A DNA stretch of 64,000 bases, from positions 990 through 64,989 of the forward strand of contig WYEG01000044.1 in assembly GCA_009903935.1 (NCBI GenBank), in the 5' to 3' direction. The position numbers and the translations under genes are program-made. Shown piece by piece: positions 40,854 through 53,435 of this stretch. How positions within the stretch are numbered: the first letter of the stretch is position 1; the number at the start of each line of letters is the position of its first letter. Under the pieces are notes generated by a model. That model did not search any database and was not told where the DNA came from. It was given only the letters and a program-made list of their open reading frames with translations. This DNA comes from Caldimicrobium sp. (GTDB taxonomy: Bacteria > Desulfobacterota > Thermodesulfobacteria > Thermodesulfobacteriales > Thermodesulfobacteriaceae).

Positions 40854-41552
40854 CTAAGAAATATTTTGAGCCTCTTTTACCTTTTCTTCCATTATTTTTA
40901 CCACCTCTTCAATGCTTAGGCTGCTATTGTCAATAACTATAGCTCCTTCAGGTATGCTAAGGGGAGCAACCTCTCTTTTGGAATCAAGCTCGTCTCGTCT
41001 AAGGATCATTTTTTTAGTCTCAAGGACATCAAAGCCCTTTAAATCCTTAGCCCTTCTTTTGGCCCTAACCTCTGCGTCAGCATCCAAATAGAATTTAAGG
41101 GTTGCCTTTGGGAAAACAACACTCCCCATGTCCCTACCTTCAGCAACAACCTTCCTCCCCTTAACCAAGCTTCTTAGATATTCATTTACCATTTCCCTAA
41201 CCACGGGTAAGGCCGAAACTCGTGAAACCCATTCTTCTACCTCTGGCTCTCTCAGCTCATCCTTCAAAGGTTTGCCGTACAAATACAAAATTGTTCCTTC
41301 AGAATTTAGCTTAACTTCAAGATGTTTGAAAACATTTTGAAGAATTATTCTCTGCTCCTTTTCAGACAACAGTAGAAAGTCTGACACGGATACTTCTGAG
41401 GAATGTTTTAAAAGAAAATAAGTAACAAACCGATAAAAAGCTCCTGATTCTAAAAGGTCAAAACCAAGTCTTTTAGCTAATATCCTTGCGGTTGTTGTTT
41501 TCCCTGAGCCTGCTGGTCCATCAATGGTTATGATAAAAGCACCATTTTCCAT
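40854..41552 (-). CDS. cmk: Cytidylate kinase
   Basis: ITIDGPAGSGKTT P-loop and GRDMGSVVFP. Confidence 0.9.
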   Translation of the reverse strand: MENGAFIITIDGPAGSGKTTTARILAKRLGFDLLESGAFYRFVTYFLLKHSSEVSVSDFLLLSEKEQRIILQNVFKHLEVKLNSEGTILYLYGKPLKDELREPEVEEWVSRVSALPVVREMVNEYLRSLVKGRKVVAEGRDMGSVVFPKATLKFYLDADAEVRAKRRAKDLKGFDVLETKKMILRRDELDSKREVAPLSIPEGAIVIDNSSLSIEEVVKIMEEKVKEAQNIS

Positions 41553-41581
41553 GGGACGCTAATACTATTTACTTTGTTATT

Positions 41582-41791
41582 TTAGCTTTTACTAACTTTA
41601 TAGCCGTAAAGTTCTTTGGATTTAACAACTTCATTCAGGGCTAAGTCCTCCTCTTTAAGAAAGCTAACTTTACCAGTTGCTAAATCAACGGAAACATCCT
41701 TTGTTTTACCAGTAGAAAGGATAGCCTTTTCAACCCTCCTTACGCAATGTTCACAGGTCATCCCCTGAACGATCATTTCCACTCTTTCCAC
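41582..41791 (-). CDS. copZ: Heavy-metal-associated (CopZ-like) metallochaperone
   Basis: GMTCEHC metal-binding motif. 69 aa, with a GTG start 6 nt after AAGGAGG. Confidence 0.8.
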   Translation of the reverse strand: MERVEMIVQGMTCEHCVRRVEKAILSTGKTKDVSVDLATGKVSFLKEEDLALNEVVKSKELYGYKVSKS

Positions 41792-42641
41792 AGAATACCT
41801 CCTTGTTTAAGAATAACGCCCCTATTCTAACTTTAGTCTTGTATTCTATGATACCATCCTTGCTTTTATCTTCTAAAAAATTAAGGACGGCTTTTTCTTT
41901 TTTGGCTGAAATTCTATATCCCTTGGCCATTAGCCTTGTTTTAAACCTCTCCCAAACTCTCTCAACTCTGCTTTTTCTTTCAAAGTATCCATGATAGAAC
42001 TTCAAATCAGGAGCCCATCCTTTAGAAAATAGATAGTTAAAAATTAACACTATACCTGGTGAGGATGCTTTATATGGTTTTTTAAAAAATTTCTGGGATA
42101 TCTCCTCCAAAAGCTCGTTTTTTCTTAGACCTGCCCAATGGACGATGACTAAATATCTTTTACTTATACTTAAAAACCTATCTATTTGCTCAAGATCACC
42201 AAGAACTGGAGTCATAGAAACAAACACTGTATCAAAGCTTCTATCAGTGTTAAACTTATACCAATCTTCACATATTACTTCTACATTTTTTAAACTAAGT
42301 TTTTCAAGCTTCTTCTTTAATTGTTCAAGCATCCCTTGAGATATGTCTATAGCTAATACTTCTTTAACCCTTTTAGCAAACTCAACTGTATAACTACCAG
42401 TACCACAGCACACATCTATTACTGAAAAATTAGATTCTATTGCCCCTCTTTTTTCTATTTCAGATAAGACATCTGCTTTTAATCTTTTGTAGAACTCACT
42501 TTCTTCAAGGTCATCGTAATCCTTTGACATGGTATCCCATACCGTAGGTGATAAAAATGGCTTATGCTTTTTACTTTCTGATTTAGAAAGATTTAACCAG
42601 AATTTTGGCTTAAAGATCTCTTCAATCTTCCTTTTTGTCAC
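41751..42641 (-). CDS. Class I SAM-dependent methyltransferase
   Basis: Motif I VIDVCCGTGSY and the following acidic loop (EVLAIDIS). Substrate unknown. Confidence 0.7.
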   Translation of the reverse strand: MTKRKIEEIFKPKFWLNLSKSESKKHKPFLSPTVWDTMSKDYDDLEESEFYKRLKADVLSEIEKRGAIESNFSVIDVCCGTGSYTVEFAKRVKEVLAIDISQGMLEQLKKKLEKLSLKNVEVICEDWYKFNTDRSFDTVFVSMTPVLGDLEQIDRFLSISKRYLVIVHWAGLRKNELLEEISQKFFKKPYKASSPGIVLIFNYLFSKGWAPDLKFYHGYFERKSRVERVWERFKTRLMAKGYRISAKKEKAVLNFLEDKSKDGIIEYKTKVRIGALFLNKEVFCGKSGNDRSGDDL

Positions 42642-43092
42642 TTAGCAGTTCCTTTTTATAGATACTGTCAAGTATGCCGTTTACAAAGGCAGGAGAATCG
42701 TCCGTGCCGTAAAGCTTTGCTAATTCTACAGCCTCATTAATACTAACGACCTCTGGTATATCCGGACGAAAAAACATCTCAAATATTGCAATACGAAGAA
42801 TATTTTTATCAGTGGTATTAAGCCTATCAAAAGACCAATTTCTTGTATATTCTTTTATCTTTTCGTCGATGAAATTCCTATTCTTTTCAATGCCTAATAC
42901 CAAGTCAGAGGCGAAATTAAAAGCTTCTTCTAAGTCCTTTACATCCTCAAAGGAAGAAGCCTCTTCCTCATCGGAAGAGGCATCAATGAAATGCTTCCTA
43001 TACTGTGCTAATGCTTCCTTAGCAGGTAGATTACTCATTTCTATTTGGTATAAAACTTGTAAAGCTATTTCTCTACCCTTTCTTCTTGTCAT
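42622..43092 (-). CDS. nusB: Transcription antitermination factor NusB
   Basis: RRKGREIALQVLYQ N-terminus and an all-helical 156-aa protein with ...INEAVELAK...FVNGILD. Confidence 0.85.
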   Translation of the reverse strand: MTRRKGREIALQVLYQIEMSNLPAKEALAQYRKHFIDASSDEEEASSFEDVKDLEEAFNFASDLVLGIEKNRNFIDEKIKEYTRNWSFDRLNTTDKNILRIAIFEMFFRPDIPEVVSINEAVELAKLYGTDDSPAFVNGILDSIYKKELLSDKKED

Positions 43093-43104
43093 AAGCTAAT
43101 AAAC

Positions 43105-44349
43105 TTAAAACATCTTTTCTGCTATATAAACTGTCAAATCTCCCATAAGATGAGTATATGAAGCCAATTCATTATCATACCATCCATAAACCACAACTTG
43201 AGTAATCGGAACCTCTATGTGAGAACAAAGTATATCTTTTATCTTTTCTTCAGAAAGTCCGCGACAAGCTTTAAATAAATCAACCTTAGCCAAAGCTGTC
43301 CTGGTGTGAGTTTCTCTTCCTTCGATGATGGCGGCTGCCTTTGGATACCCTATGATATCCGTCGACACGTTTTGCTCCATCGAGAATATTAGATATCCTT
43401 TGTATTTAGTTTCAGCTGCCTCCTTATAAATATTATTGATCAAATCTTTGGTAATATGATTTTCTAAACTTTCATCCTGAATGTTTACCGTTAAAATTAT
43501 CAAACTTCCAGTGGTTAAAGGTACTCTTACGCTCTCTGCTATGAAACCGACCTTCTGCATCTCAGGGATGACCAAACCTAAAGCCTCAGCCGCTCCGGTA
43601 GAGGTAAGGATGATGTTGTTAAAAACACTTCTTGCCCTTCTTAGGTCCTTTTCTCCTTCCTTTGGGACCCTATCAAGGATAGACTGAGAAGATGTTGTAG
43701 CATGCACGGTGACCATGGAAGCAGAGAGTATCCTTTCGGGACCAAAATAATCTAAAAGAGGTTTCATCATGTAGGCTAAGCATGTTGTGGTGCAAGATGC
43801 GGATGATATTAGGTGATGCTTTTGAGGATTATACATCTCTTCGTTTATTCCGTATACCATTGTGATTGCATCCTCAGGGATCCCTTTTTCTTTATCTTTG
43901 ACCTTAAAAGGAGCTGAAATGATAACCTTTTCTGCCCCAGCCTGAAAATGCCCACGAGCTGCGCCTTTAGGGTCATCAGGGGAGGCGTTTGGGTCTCTAA
44001 ATTTACCCGTGCAGTCTACTACAAGCTTTACCCCCTCCTCTCTCCATTCTATATCCTTAGGATTTCTGTTTTTCATCAAAAACTTCACCTTAACCCCATC
44101 GATCACCATCGTGCCTTCTTTCTCGTTGAGTTCTTCAATAACCCGATTGGCTTTATGCCCATACAACCACACAGGTAGCCAGCCGTAGGTGCTATCCTTT
44201 TCGATGTACTCCGCAAGGTCTTGGAAGGAGGTTCCTACCGTTCTACCAAGGTTTACCACAATTTCTTTAAAATGCTTACGAGCTACATGGTGCCAAAGGG
44301 TTAACTTACCTATCCTACCGAGCCCGTTTATACCAAGCTTCATAGGCAC
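43105..44349 (-). CDS. Long, divergent glyceraldehyde-3-phosphate dehydrogenase family paralog (414 aa)
   Basis: Rossmann motif INGLGRIGK. The catalytic Cys region SSASCTTTCLA and VTVHATT are retained, and several insertions are visible relative to the canonical 334-aa GapA at 48476-49480. Confidence 0.7.
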   Translation of the reverse strand: MPMKLGINGLGRIGKLTLWHHVARKHFKEIVVNLGRTVGTSFQDLAEYIEKDSTYGWLPVWLYGHKANRVIEELNEKEGTMVIDGVKVKFLMKNRNPKDIEWREEGVKLVVDCTGKFRDPNASPDDPKGAARGHFQAGAEKVIISAPFKVKDKEKGIPEDAITMVYGINEEMYNPQKHHLISSASCTTTCLAYMMKPLLDYFGPERILSASMVTVHATTSSQSILDRVPKEGEKDLRRARSVFNNIILTSTGAAEALGLVIPEMQKVGFIAESVRVPLTTGSLIILTVNIQDESLENHITKDLINNIYKEAAETKYKGYLIFSMEQNVSTDIIGYPKAAAIIEGRETHTRTALAKVDLFKACRGLSEEKIKDILCSHIEVPITQVVVYGWYDNELASYTHLMGDLTVYIAEKMF

Positions 44350-44369
44350 CTCCCTATGTGTGAATTCTT

Positions 44370-47300
44370 TTAAACAACTTTGCTTGCAATTTTACCATAA
44401 TACACATCCCCTGTCATTCCATTAAGGGTTATCCAATCGTAAAGCTTAATTTCAAAGTCTTTAATCTTGGCGAGCTTTTTTTCGTCATCTATTCGAAGTT
44501 CTTCGCAACCAACTACGCAAACTTTACCCAGCCTGTTCGCAACTATAGCCGCATGAGAAGTTTGACCGCCACGGGCGGTTAGCAATCCATCTACTAAGGA
44601 AATTTCTCTTATGTTATCTGGAACGGTGTCGTATCTTAATAAAATTAACGGGTCTTGGGTAGGCTTTAGATTTTCTATATCTTCTAAAGAAAACACAACT
44701 CTACCGGAGAGAATAGTTCCCGAAACCCCAATCCCCTTCCCTATAAGAGGAAGGTTTTTGAGAAAAGAGATTTTAAAATAAGGTATATATTTTTCTTCCC
44801 TTAAATGAATATCCCTAACCTGAAGTATATAAAGGTCCTCCCTTTTCGGGCCCTCAAAGGTAAACTCTATCTCTTGGTGATCCCATCCTTTTTCATAAAC
44901 CAAGTAATAGGCAAGGTCAAGAAGAGCATTGTAAATTTCTGGGAAAGCCTCTTCTAAAGCTTCTCCCTCTCTTCCTTCAATCTTTTTTTGCTCAATCGAT
45001 ATCGGATAGGCATTAACAAGACCGGAGACAATATCCTCTCCTTGGTTATACGGAGTGTAATCGCCCCAAAGGGCAACCCGAGGGAACTTCCCGTAAGGCG
45101 AGGTGGTAAAAACAACGCCCGTTCCAGAATCAGGCTTTAGGTTTCCAAAAATCATTTCCTGGACCAGGATTGCTGTCCCCCATTCCTCGGCTATGCCCAT
45201 AATCTCTCTGTAAAAGGTAGCCTTTTGAAAATACCAGGAATTGAATATCAGTTCAATGCACTTGAAAAGTTGCTCCCAAGGGTCATCAATTACGGGAACA
45301 CCATATTCCTCAATCTTTTTGCGGTAAAGAAAGGCTAACTCCTTCATCTGCTCCCCAGAAAATTCCCGTTTCTTTTTCACATTATATCGTCTCTTATGGT
45401 CTCGCATCAAAGCATTGAAAACATCTCGAGGTATACCATTTGCCATTGCCCAGCTTTGAAGAAATCTTCTATATGTATCCCAGGCAAACCATTCATTTCC
45501 ACTAATTTTAGCTAAGCTTTCCACTATAGTAGGATTGATTCCAACATTTAAAATTGAAGACATCATACCGGGCATGGAAATTACAGCGCCACTTCTAACG
45601 CTTAAAAGCAAAGGATTATCCAAACTATTAAACTGTTTCCCTGTAGAACTTTCAATGTATTGAACCCCAGCTTTAATCAAATCTTCATATAGAGCCCATA
45701 TTTGCTTATACTTTTTTAATAATGGATAAATTCTAAATAATTCTGTTGTCAACACAAATCCGTATGGAATTTTTACCTTAACATTTTCTTCAGTGGATAA
45801 CAATAATAAATTATACGCTTTGTTGCCAAGATAAATAGTATCTGTTGCTTCATTGTCAGGTTTATGTAAATAACTTATAGATTTATCGTAATCATAGGTT
45901 AATAGCATATTTAACTCATCTTTGGTATACATATTTTTTAGCTGGATTAAAGAATTGTAAACCTTTTTAAGAAAATTATCAAGATGTTTTATAACAAAAG
46001 ATTCTGAAATAATATCTCTTAAAAGTATTTCTAATAAGGTATGAAACGCTTCTTCCGTTTTTTTACCAGTCAAAACTTTTTTGTATTTTTCAAGCAAATT
46101 TTTCTTATCTAAAACCTCATAAATTAAAGCAAAGTTATTGAAATAAGGGTTTATATAATAAGATTTTATGATATGTTGGACCCCTTCAAGTAAACCTTTA
46201 AAAATATCAACATATTGATTAAAGGTTAGAGGATAACTTAACAAAGAATTCTCTAAAATATGTAAATAATGGTTAAAACGTTGTGAGCTGATTCCATCTA
46301 CTTCAAGAGCAGTTTTAAATAACTTCATAATGTTTAAAATCTTTTTCATAGTTGATTCTGAAAAAATTTGGAACTTAAATTCCTCAGTTAATTTTGCAAA
46401 CAAAGAGTTTAATATCCATTCTAATCTAAAACTTAATCCTAAAGCATCAAACTTAGGTTCTGAATAGCGTCCAAATATGGAAGGAATATCAGCAGCTATG
46501 TGTCTTTTTTTGATGATCTCCTCTTTTTTTTGAAACTTTTCAGATGAAAGGATATAATGTTCTTTTAAATGTAATAACCAAGTTAATATAATGTCAATCT
46601 GCTCATAAAGTTTTTTTTCATTTAAAACTCTAGGTAATTCTTCTACGAATTTGAAACCAAGAACAGAATATTCTCGAATTAATTCTTCAAGGTCTGAAAG
46701 CGAAAAATAATACTTTTGTCTTATTAAGTTATATAGTCTCAAAAAATTAAGAAATACATTTTTAAGGTTATTATCCGCGTTTATTGATGATATATATCGC
46801 TCTATTTGTTCAACCTTAAATTCAAAAAGTTTTTCAATTTCGTATATTCCAATTACCTTAAAAATGGAAAAAAGGATGTTTTGCATTTCTAAATGATATT
46901 TAAATTCTTCACTAATAATTTTATTTAACAAAACATCTGGTACATATTTAGCTATATGACTAGGATTTAATGTAAACCAAAAGCGCATTATATTTTCCAT
47001 AAAATTAACTACTAAACTTGAGCTTTCAACATGAATAAACTTCCTCAAAAAATGAAATAGAGTATTTTTTCTCCCGTATATTTCATCAAGATAAGTGGAA
47101 AGGTCGCGGATGAGACCTTCTGCACCTATCTCATGAAAAAAAACAGGAATATTTCTACAAAATTGTTTTACCTGATTGTATGTATGCTTTATATCTGAAT
47201 TTAATAAATTACTTATTTCTCTTTGGAAAAGGTCAGTATCGTTTATTGACACTCCATAAAGTTTTATATATATAATCAAACCTATAAGTAAGCTACTACA

Positions 47301-48475
47301 CCATTCAGGATTTTGTCTATAAATTTCTAACCAAACTTTAATATTTTGAACATGATAAGGATTTCTTTTAACTCTCCAATTTAAATCAATCCCAGTTATT
47401 GCCGGAGGTGTAAAACCGTATTTTAAAACCTCTTGAATAAAAACTTCAGTTAAATATACAGCTCTTTTCCTTAAAATAGCAGTTCCTATGCTTTTAATAC
47501 ATTCAAAAACTGTCCAAGGATAAAGATTAGACTTCTGTTTTAAAAATACAAAAAATTTAACGATAAACTCTTCAATGTGTTCGTGAGGTTTTGCCTCAAT
47601 CATTGAGACTAATATTTTATTAACATCACGAAGAAGCTCTTCATGTAATAAACCTAAATCTGAAATTTCTAATAAAGAAAGCAGAATGGATACCCTCTCT
47701 TCTTCACCCAGTGATGTTTCTTTATAACTGATAATTTTAAATATTACTTCCTTTAATATTCTTAATAACTCTAGGTGGTCTGGCAAAGATAATAATTCCT
47801 TTAAAGTCAGTAAAGTCAGATCCGTTTTTTCTATTAAATTGAAATTCTCAATTATTTCTTGATTTGATGGTAATTTGTCTTTAATTTGTCTATACAAACT
47901 GTAAACATTCGAAAAATATCGAATTAATAATTGCCTCGATAAAAATTCTAAATCTTCATCAACTATTTTTTCATTAATTAACCCTAATATCTTCTTTAAC
48001 GAAATCGCTATTTCAAAAAAAGTTTTAAATTGATTTTCATTTAGACCTAAGAATCTTTCAATCAAATTGTTAAATAAAAACTTTAATTTTATAATGTCTG
48101 TCACATTTTCTATTGTTTTTTTCAAAAGAGAGAGAATAATTTCACTAACTTTAGTATTGACATCTTTTTCTTCTCCATAAAATCCAAATAAAAGGTCAAA
48201 AAGCAATTGCAAAAATTGATCAAAAAATTCATTCTTGTAAATATAACCTACATTGTTAAGCAAAAAGAGCCTAAGCTCTTCAAGAACTAAGTGAGTATTT
48301 CTGTAAGGATGAAATACCTCTTTTAGTAGATTTTCAAACTGATTCTTTAAGGCTGGAAAGGATTGAAAAGCATGAATAAGAGGCTCATATTTTTTATCAA
48401 ATTCAACCTTTTCAATGTAAGTTTCTGCTAAATTTGCTAAATAAGCCTGAGAAACAAACTGTTCCTGCGTCTGCA

Positions 48476-48476
<1 letters not shown>
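44370..48476 (-). CDS. 1368-aa protein: unknown helical N-terminal region + PPDK-type ATP-grasp + PEP-utilising phosphohistidine swivel domain (no PEP/pyruvate-binding domain)
   Basis: The C-terminal third carries PPDK-like motifs (NPLLLSVRSGAVISMPGMM, GTAILVQEMIFGN, GTGVVFT, QGEDIVSG, EIEFTFE) and the swivel motif TARGGQTSHAAIVANRLGK. It is an uninterrupted ORF whose ATG overlaps the gapA stop (TAATG). Confidence 0.75.
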
Positions 48477-49914
<1,438 letters not shown>

Positions 49915-49931
<17 letters not shown>

Positions 49932-50787
49932 TGTCTCGTAGGGTTAAACCTATTTCTAAATCTTCGAACTCCTCTTTTAAACGTTGATAAAGTAGTTGAG
50001 AGATGGCTGGAGACCTATGTCTCCCGCCAGTGCATCCTATACCTATAGCCAAGTATCGTCTCCCCTCGGTTAGATGAAAACTTATAACCATCCTCAAAAA
50101 TTCTTCCATACCCTTCAAATACTTTTCTGTTCTCGTGTCAGATAAAAGGTAACGAATTATTCTCTCGTCTGTCCCGGGTAAAGGTTTTAAATCAGGAACG
50201 AAATAAGGATTGGGTAGAGCTCGGACATCAAAGATATAGTTTGCCTCAAAAGGAAGCCCATACTTAAAACCAAAGGAAATGATGTGCAGAAAAGGCTTGT
50301 GTAAGTTTTTACCTCGTCCAAAAATCCTTTGAATTTCCGACCTGAGTTGATGATAGGTAAAGTTGCTTGTTTCAATGATGTAAGTTGCATAATCTTTAAG
50401 AAAGGATAAAAGCTCCTTTTCTTTCATTACCGCTAATTCGATATTTCCCATTTCTCGTAAAAGAGGATGGGGTCTTCGTGTCTGGTTATACCTGGTGATG
50501 AGAACCTCGGTCTTTGCGGTTAAATATAAGAGCTCAAAGGTTGGATACTCCCTTCGAAGGTCTTTATACACCTTAGGGAACTCCTCCAAAAAGTAAGGGT
50601 CCCTAAGGTCAACAACCATGGCTAATTTGTCCGTAAGTTTTGATTCGCTAACCTCCTTCAAGTAGGATTTTAAAAGCCTTATGGGAAAGTTATCGATAGC
50701 AAGAAAATCTAAATCCTCAAAGGTGCGAAGGGCGGTGCTTTTGCCCGCCCCAGATTCTCCAGTGATGATGACTAAGTAGGGTTGCAT
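49915..50787 (-). CDS. rapZ: RNase adapter protein RapZ (YvcJ/YhbJ)
   Basis: ITGESGAGKSTA P-loop and a C-terminal GCTGGRHRS motif. 290 aa, downstream of rpoN-hpf. Confidence 0.9.
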
Positions 50788-50788
50788 G

Positions 50789-51292
50789 CTAAGAGAGAAC
50801 AGGAACTAACATGATTTCTTTATCACCAGCCCTGTAGAGGCAACATACTTTATCATAGTCGGTATTGTAAAAGAGAAAAACCGTATCCTTGCCTTTGCGA
50901 AAGATCTCAAAGGCTTCTTCCGTTGAAAGTGGAGAAACTTCTACCTCTTGCACAGTATAGCCTGGTGAAGCAACAGGTCTTGCTTCAGTTCCTCCCCTTG
51001 GCGGTCTAATCTCCTTTTTCTTTTCTTTTAATTTCTTTACCTGCTTTTCTAAGGACTCATAGGCAAAATCAATGGATGAATATATATCATCTGTCTCCTC
51101 TTTTACGACTATCCTTTCCCCATCACCCGTTAAAATCACCTCGCAGATTTCACGAAACTTCTCTCTTTTAAAGATAACTTGAGCATGCACTGGTCCATAA
51201 AAATACTTCTCAAGCTTGCTAAACTTCTTTTCTGCGTATTCAGCTATGGCTGGTGATGAATCCATACCTTTAAAGGTAAAATGAAATTCCAT
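50789..51292 (-). CDS. hpf: Ribosome hibernation promoting factor, long form
   Basis: MEFHFTFKGMDSSPAIAEYAEKK... S30AE-type N-domain plus a C-terminal dimerisation domain. The ATG at 51292 follows GGAGGAGG. Confidence 0.85.
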   Translation of the reverse strand: MEFHFTFKGMDSSPAIAEYAEKKFSKLEKYFYGPVHAQVIFKREKFREICEVILTGDGERIVVKEETDDIYSSIDFAYESLEKQVKKLKEKKKEIRPPRGGTEARPVASPGYTVQEVEVSPLSTEEAFEIFRKGKDTVFLFYNTDYDKVCCLYRAGDKEIMLVPVLS

Positions 51293-51316
51293 AGCACCTC
51301 CTCCTTTCAAATAAGT

Positions 51317-52705
51317 TTATTTTTTCTTACGCTCTCTTATGGATGGGATGTTTAGCATTTCTCTATACTTTGTGACAGTTCTCCTAGCGATCTTTACTCC
51401 AAGCCTTTTCTGAAGCTCTTTAGCAAGCTCGGCATCGCTTAAAGGTTTAGACTTATCTTCCTTTTCTATCAGCTCTTTTAGATAGTTCATGATTGCTTTA
51501 GAGGAAACACCCTCACCAGAAGATTTTACATAGCCCCAGGATAGAAAATACTTAAGGGGTAAAATCCCTAATGGGGTATCAACATACTTCTGCGAAACAA
51601 CCCTGCTTACAGTTGATTCATGAAGGTTTGTCTCCTCGGCAAGCATCCTTAAGGTTAAGGGTTTTAAATACTTTGGACCCTTCTCAAAGAACTCCTTCTG
51701 GTGGTCTAAGATAGCTTTGCCTATGCGATAAAGGGTTGTGTATCTGTAGTCTAAAGCTTTAAGCAGAGTCTCTGCCATCCGCATCTTTTCCCGAAGATAC
51801 TCTTGGGTTTGCTTCGGCACACCCTTTAGCCTTCTTTTTAACAATTGAGTATAATAGCTGTTAAGCCTTAGCTCAAACTGGTTTTCTTTAAGCACCTCAA
51901 CCTTCCACTCGCCATCCTCTTCATAAAACCTAAGGTCCGGAACGACTGAAAGGTGGTTTACGGAACGAAAGTTGCGAGCCGGGTAGGGCTCAAGGCTCTT
52001 AATAACCGACAAAGCCTCTTCAACCTCTTCCGGCGAACTTTTTAAATGCTGAGAAAGTGCTTCAACGCCTTTAGGGATTTCTTCTAAATATTCTTTTACT
52101 ATTCTGTAAGGAAGGCTATCCTCCTTGAAGCCCAAAGATTCAAGTTGAGCTAAAAGGCATTCCCTTAAATTAAGGGAGGCAACGCCTACTGGGTCAAGAA
52201 ATTTTATTATATTTCTAACCTTTTCTATCCTTTCCACGGGTAGACCAGTATCTTTTGAAATATCTTCTGGCGAGACCATCAGATAGCCCCGGTCATCAAG
52301 GTTGCCAATGATGTATTGAGCGATCCTTTTATCAAGCTCCGAAACATCCTTTAAGTTTAACTGCCATAAAAGATAATCAGCTAAGGATTCTTCAGCTTTA
52401 ACTGTCCTTTCAAGAAGGTTTACCTCTTCCTCTGGCTCCTCCTCTCCAAAGTGGTACCTGGTATAACCGTAGTCCCAATCGACCTCTTCATTAAGATGCA
52501 CTTCATCGCTGCTTCTTGTTTGTTTTCTTCTGGGTTCTAAAGGGAGGTCCTTAAATTCGACCTCTAAGAAAGGATTGCTGTTTACCTCTTCAAGAAGGTA
52601 TTCTTGAAGCTCTAAGGTGTTCATGGGTAGGACTTTAAGAAGAAGCTTTAGTTGAGGAGTCAAAAGAAGCTGCGGAACAAGCTTGAGCTGATTTTTAACT
52701 TCCAT
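51317..52705 (-). CDS. rpoN: RNA polymerase sigma-54 factor
   Basis: N-terminal region I (LKLVPQLLLTPQL), core-binding region and C-terminal RpoN box (ARRTVTKYRE). Confidence 0.95.
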   Translation of the reverse strand: MEVKNQLKLVPQLLLTPQLKLLLKVLPMNTLELQEYLLEEVNSNPFLEVEFKDLPLEPRRKQTRSSDEVHLNEEVDWDYGYTRYHFGEEEPEEEVNLLERTVKAEESLADYLLWQLNLKDVSELDKRIAQYIIGNLDDRGYLMVSPEDISKDTGLPVERIEKVRNIIKFLDPVGVASLNLRECLLAQLESLGFKEDSLPYRIVKEYLEEIPKGVEALSQHLKSSPEEVEEALSVIKSLEPYPARNFRSVNHLSVVPDLRFYEEDGEWKVEVLKENQFELRLNSYYTQLLKRRLKGVPKQTQEYLREKMRMAETLLKALDYRYTTLYRIGKAILDHQKEFFEKGPKYLKPLTLRMLAEETNLHESTVSRVVSQKYVDTPLGILPLKYFLSWGYVKSSGEGVSSKAIMNYLKELIEKEDKSKPLSDAELAKELQKRLGVKIARRTVTKYREMLNIPSIRERKKK

Positions 52706-52709
52706 AGCC

Positions 52710-53435
52710 CTAAATCCTAAATTCCTGTCCTAAGTATTTTTCCCTGACCAAGGAATTTTCAACCAAACTTTTAGCATCACCACTTCCAATTATTTCGCCA
52801 TCAGCAATAACATAAGCTCGGTCGCAGATCTGTAAAGTATCACGAACATTATGGTCAGAAATGATAAGACCAATGTTTGCTTCTTTAAGAGTTTTAAAGA
52901 GCTTCTTTAGCTGTGAGATACCTATCGGGTCTATCCCAGCAAAAGGTTCGTCAAGAAGGATAAAAAGGGGCTCAGTTAGAAGAGCACGAACAACCTCAAC
53001 CCTCCTTTTTTCTCCTCCTGATAGATGGTGAACCTTCTGCTTAAGAAGCTCCTTAAGCTCAAAAAGCTCTACATAGCGTTCAAAAAGCTCTCTTTTATTA
53101 GAGCCGTTAGAGGATGAATTTCCCCCTTCTAAGCCCATACGGAGGTTTTCCTCAACGGTAAGGCTCCTAAAAACGGAAGATTCCTGAGGGAGATAGACTA
53201 TACCTCTTTTGGCGCGCTCAGCAACATCAAGGTCTGTGATGTCTTCATCATTAAGATAAATTCTTCCTTCGTCAGGATACAAAAACCCTGCAATCATGTA
53301 AAAGGTGGTAGTTTTGCCCGCACCATTAGGACCAAGAAGCCCTACGATTTCACCCCTCTCGACTTCCACGCTAACCCCTTTAACCACCAATCTTTTTTTA
53401 AAACTTTTTTTTAAATTCTTAGCTAAAAGGGGCAT
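52710..53435 (-). CDS. lptB: LPS export ABC transporter ATPase LptB
   Basis: GPNGAGKTT, LSGGEKRR, LLDEPFAGIDP. Sits between lptA and rpoN. Confidence 0.9.
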   Translation of the reverse strand: MPLLAKNLKKSFKKRLVVKGVSVEVERGEIVGLLGPNGAGKTTTFYMIAGFLYPDEGRIYLNDEDITDLDVAERAKRGIVYLPQESSVFRSLTVEENLRMGLEGGNSSSNGSNKRELFERYVELFELKELLKQKVHHLSGGEKRRVEVVRALLTEPLFILLDEPFAGIDPIGISQLKKLFKTLKEANIGLIISDHNVRDTLQICDRAYVIADGEIIGSGDAKSLVENSLVREKYLGQEFRI

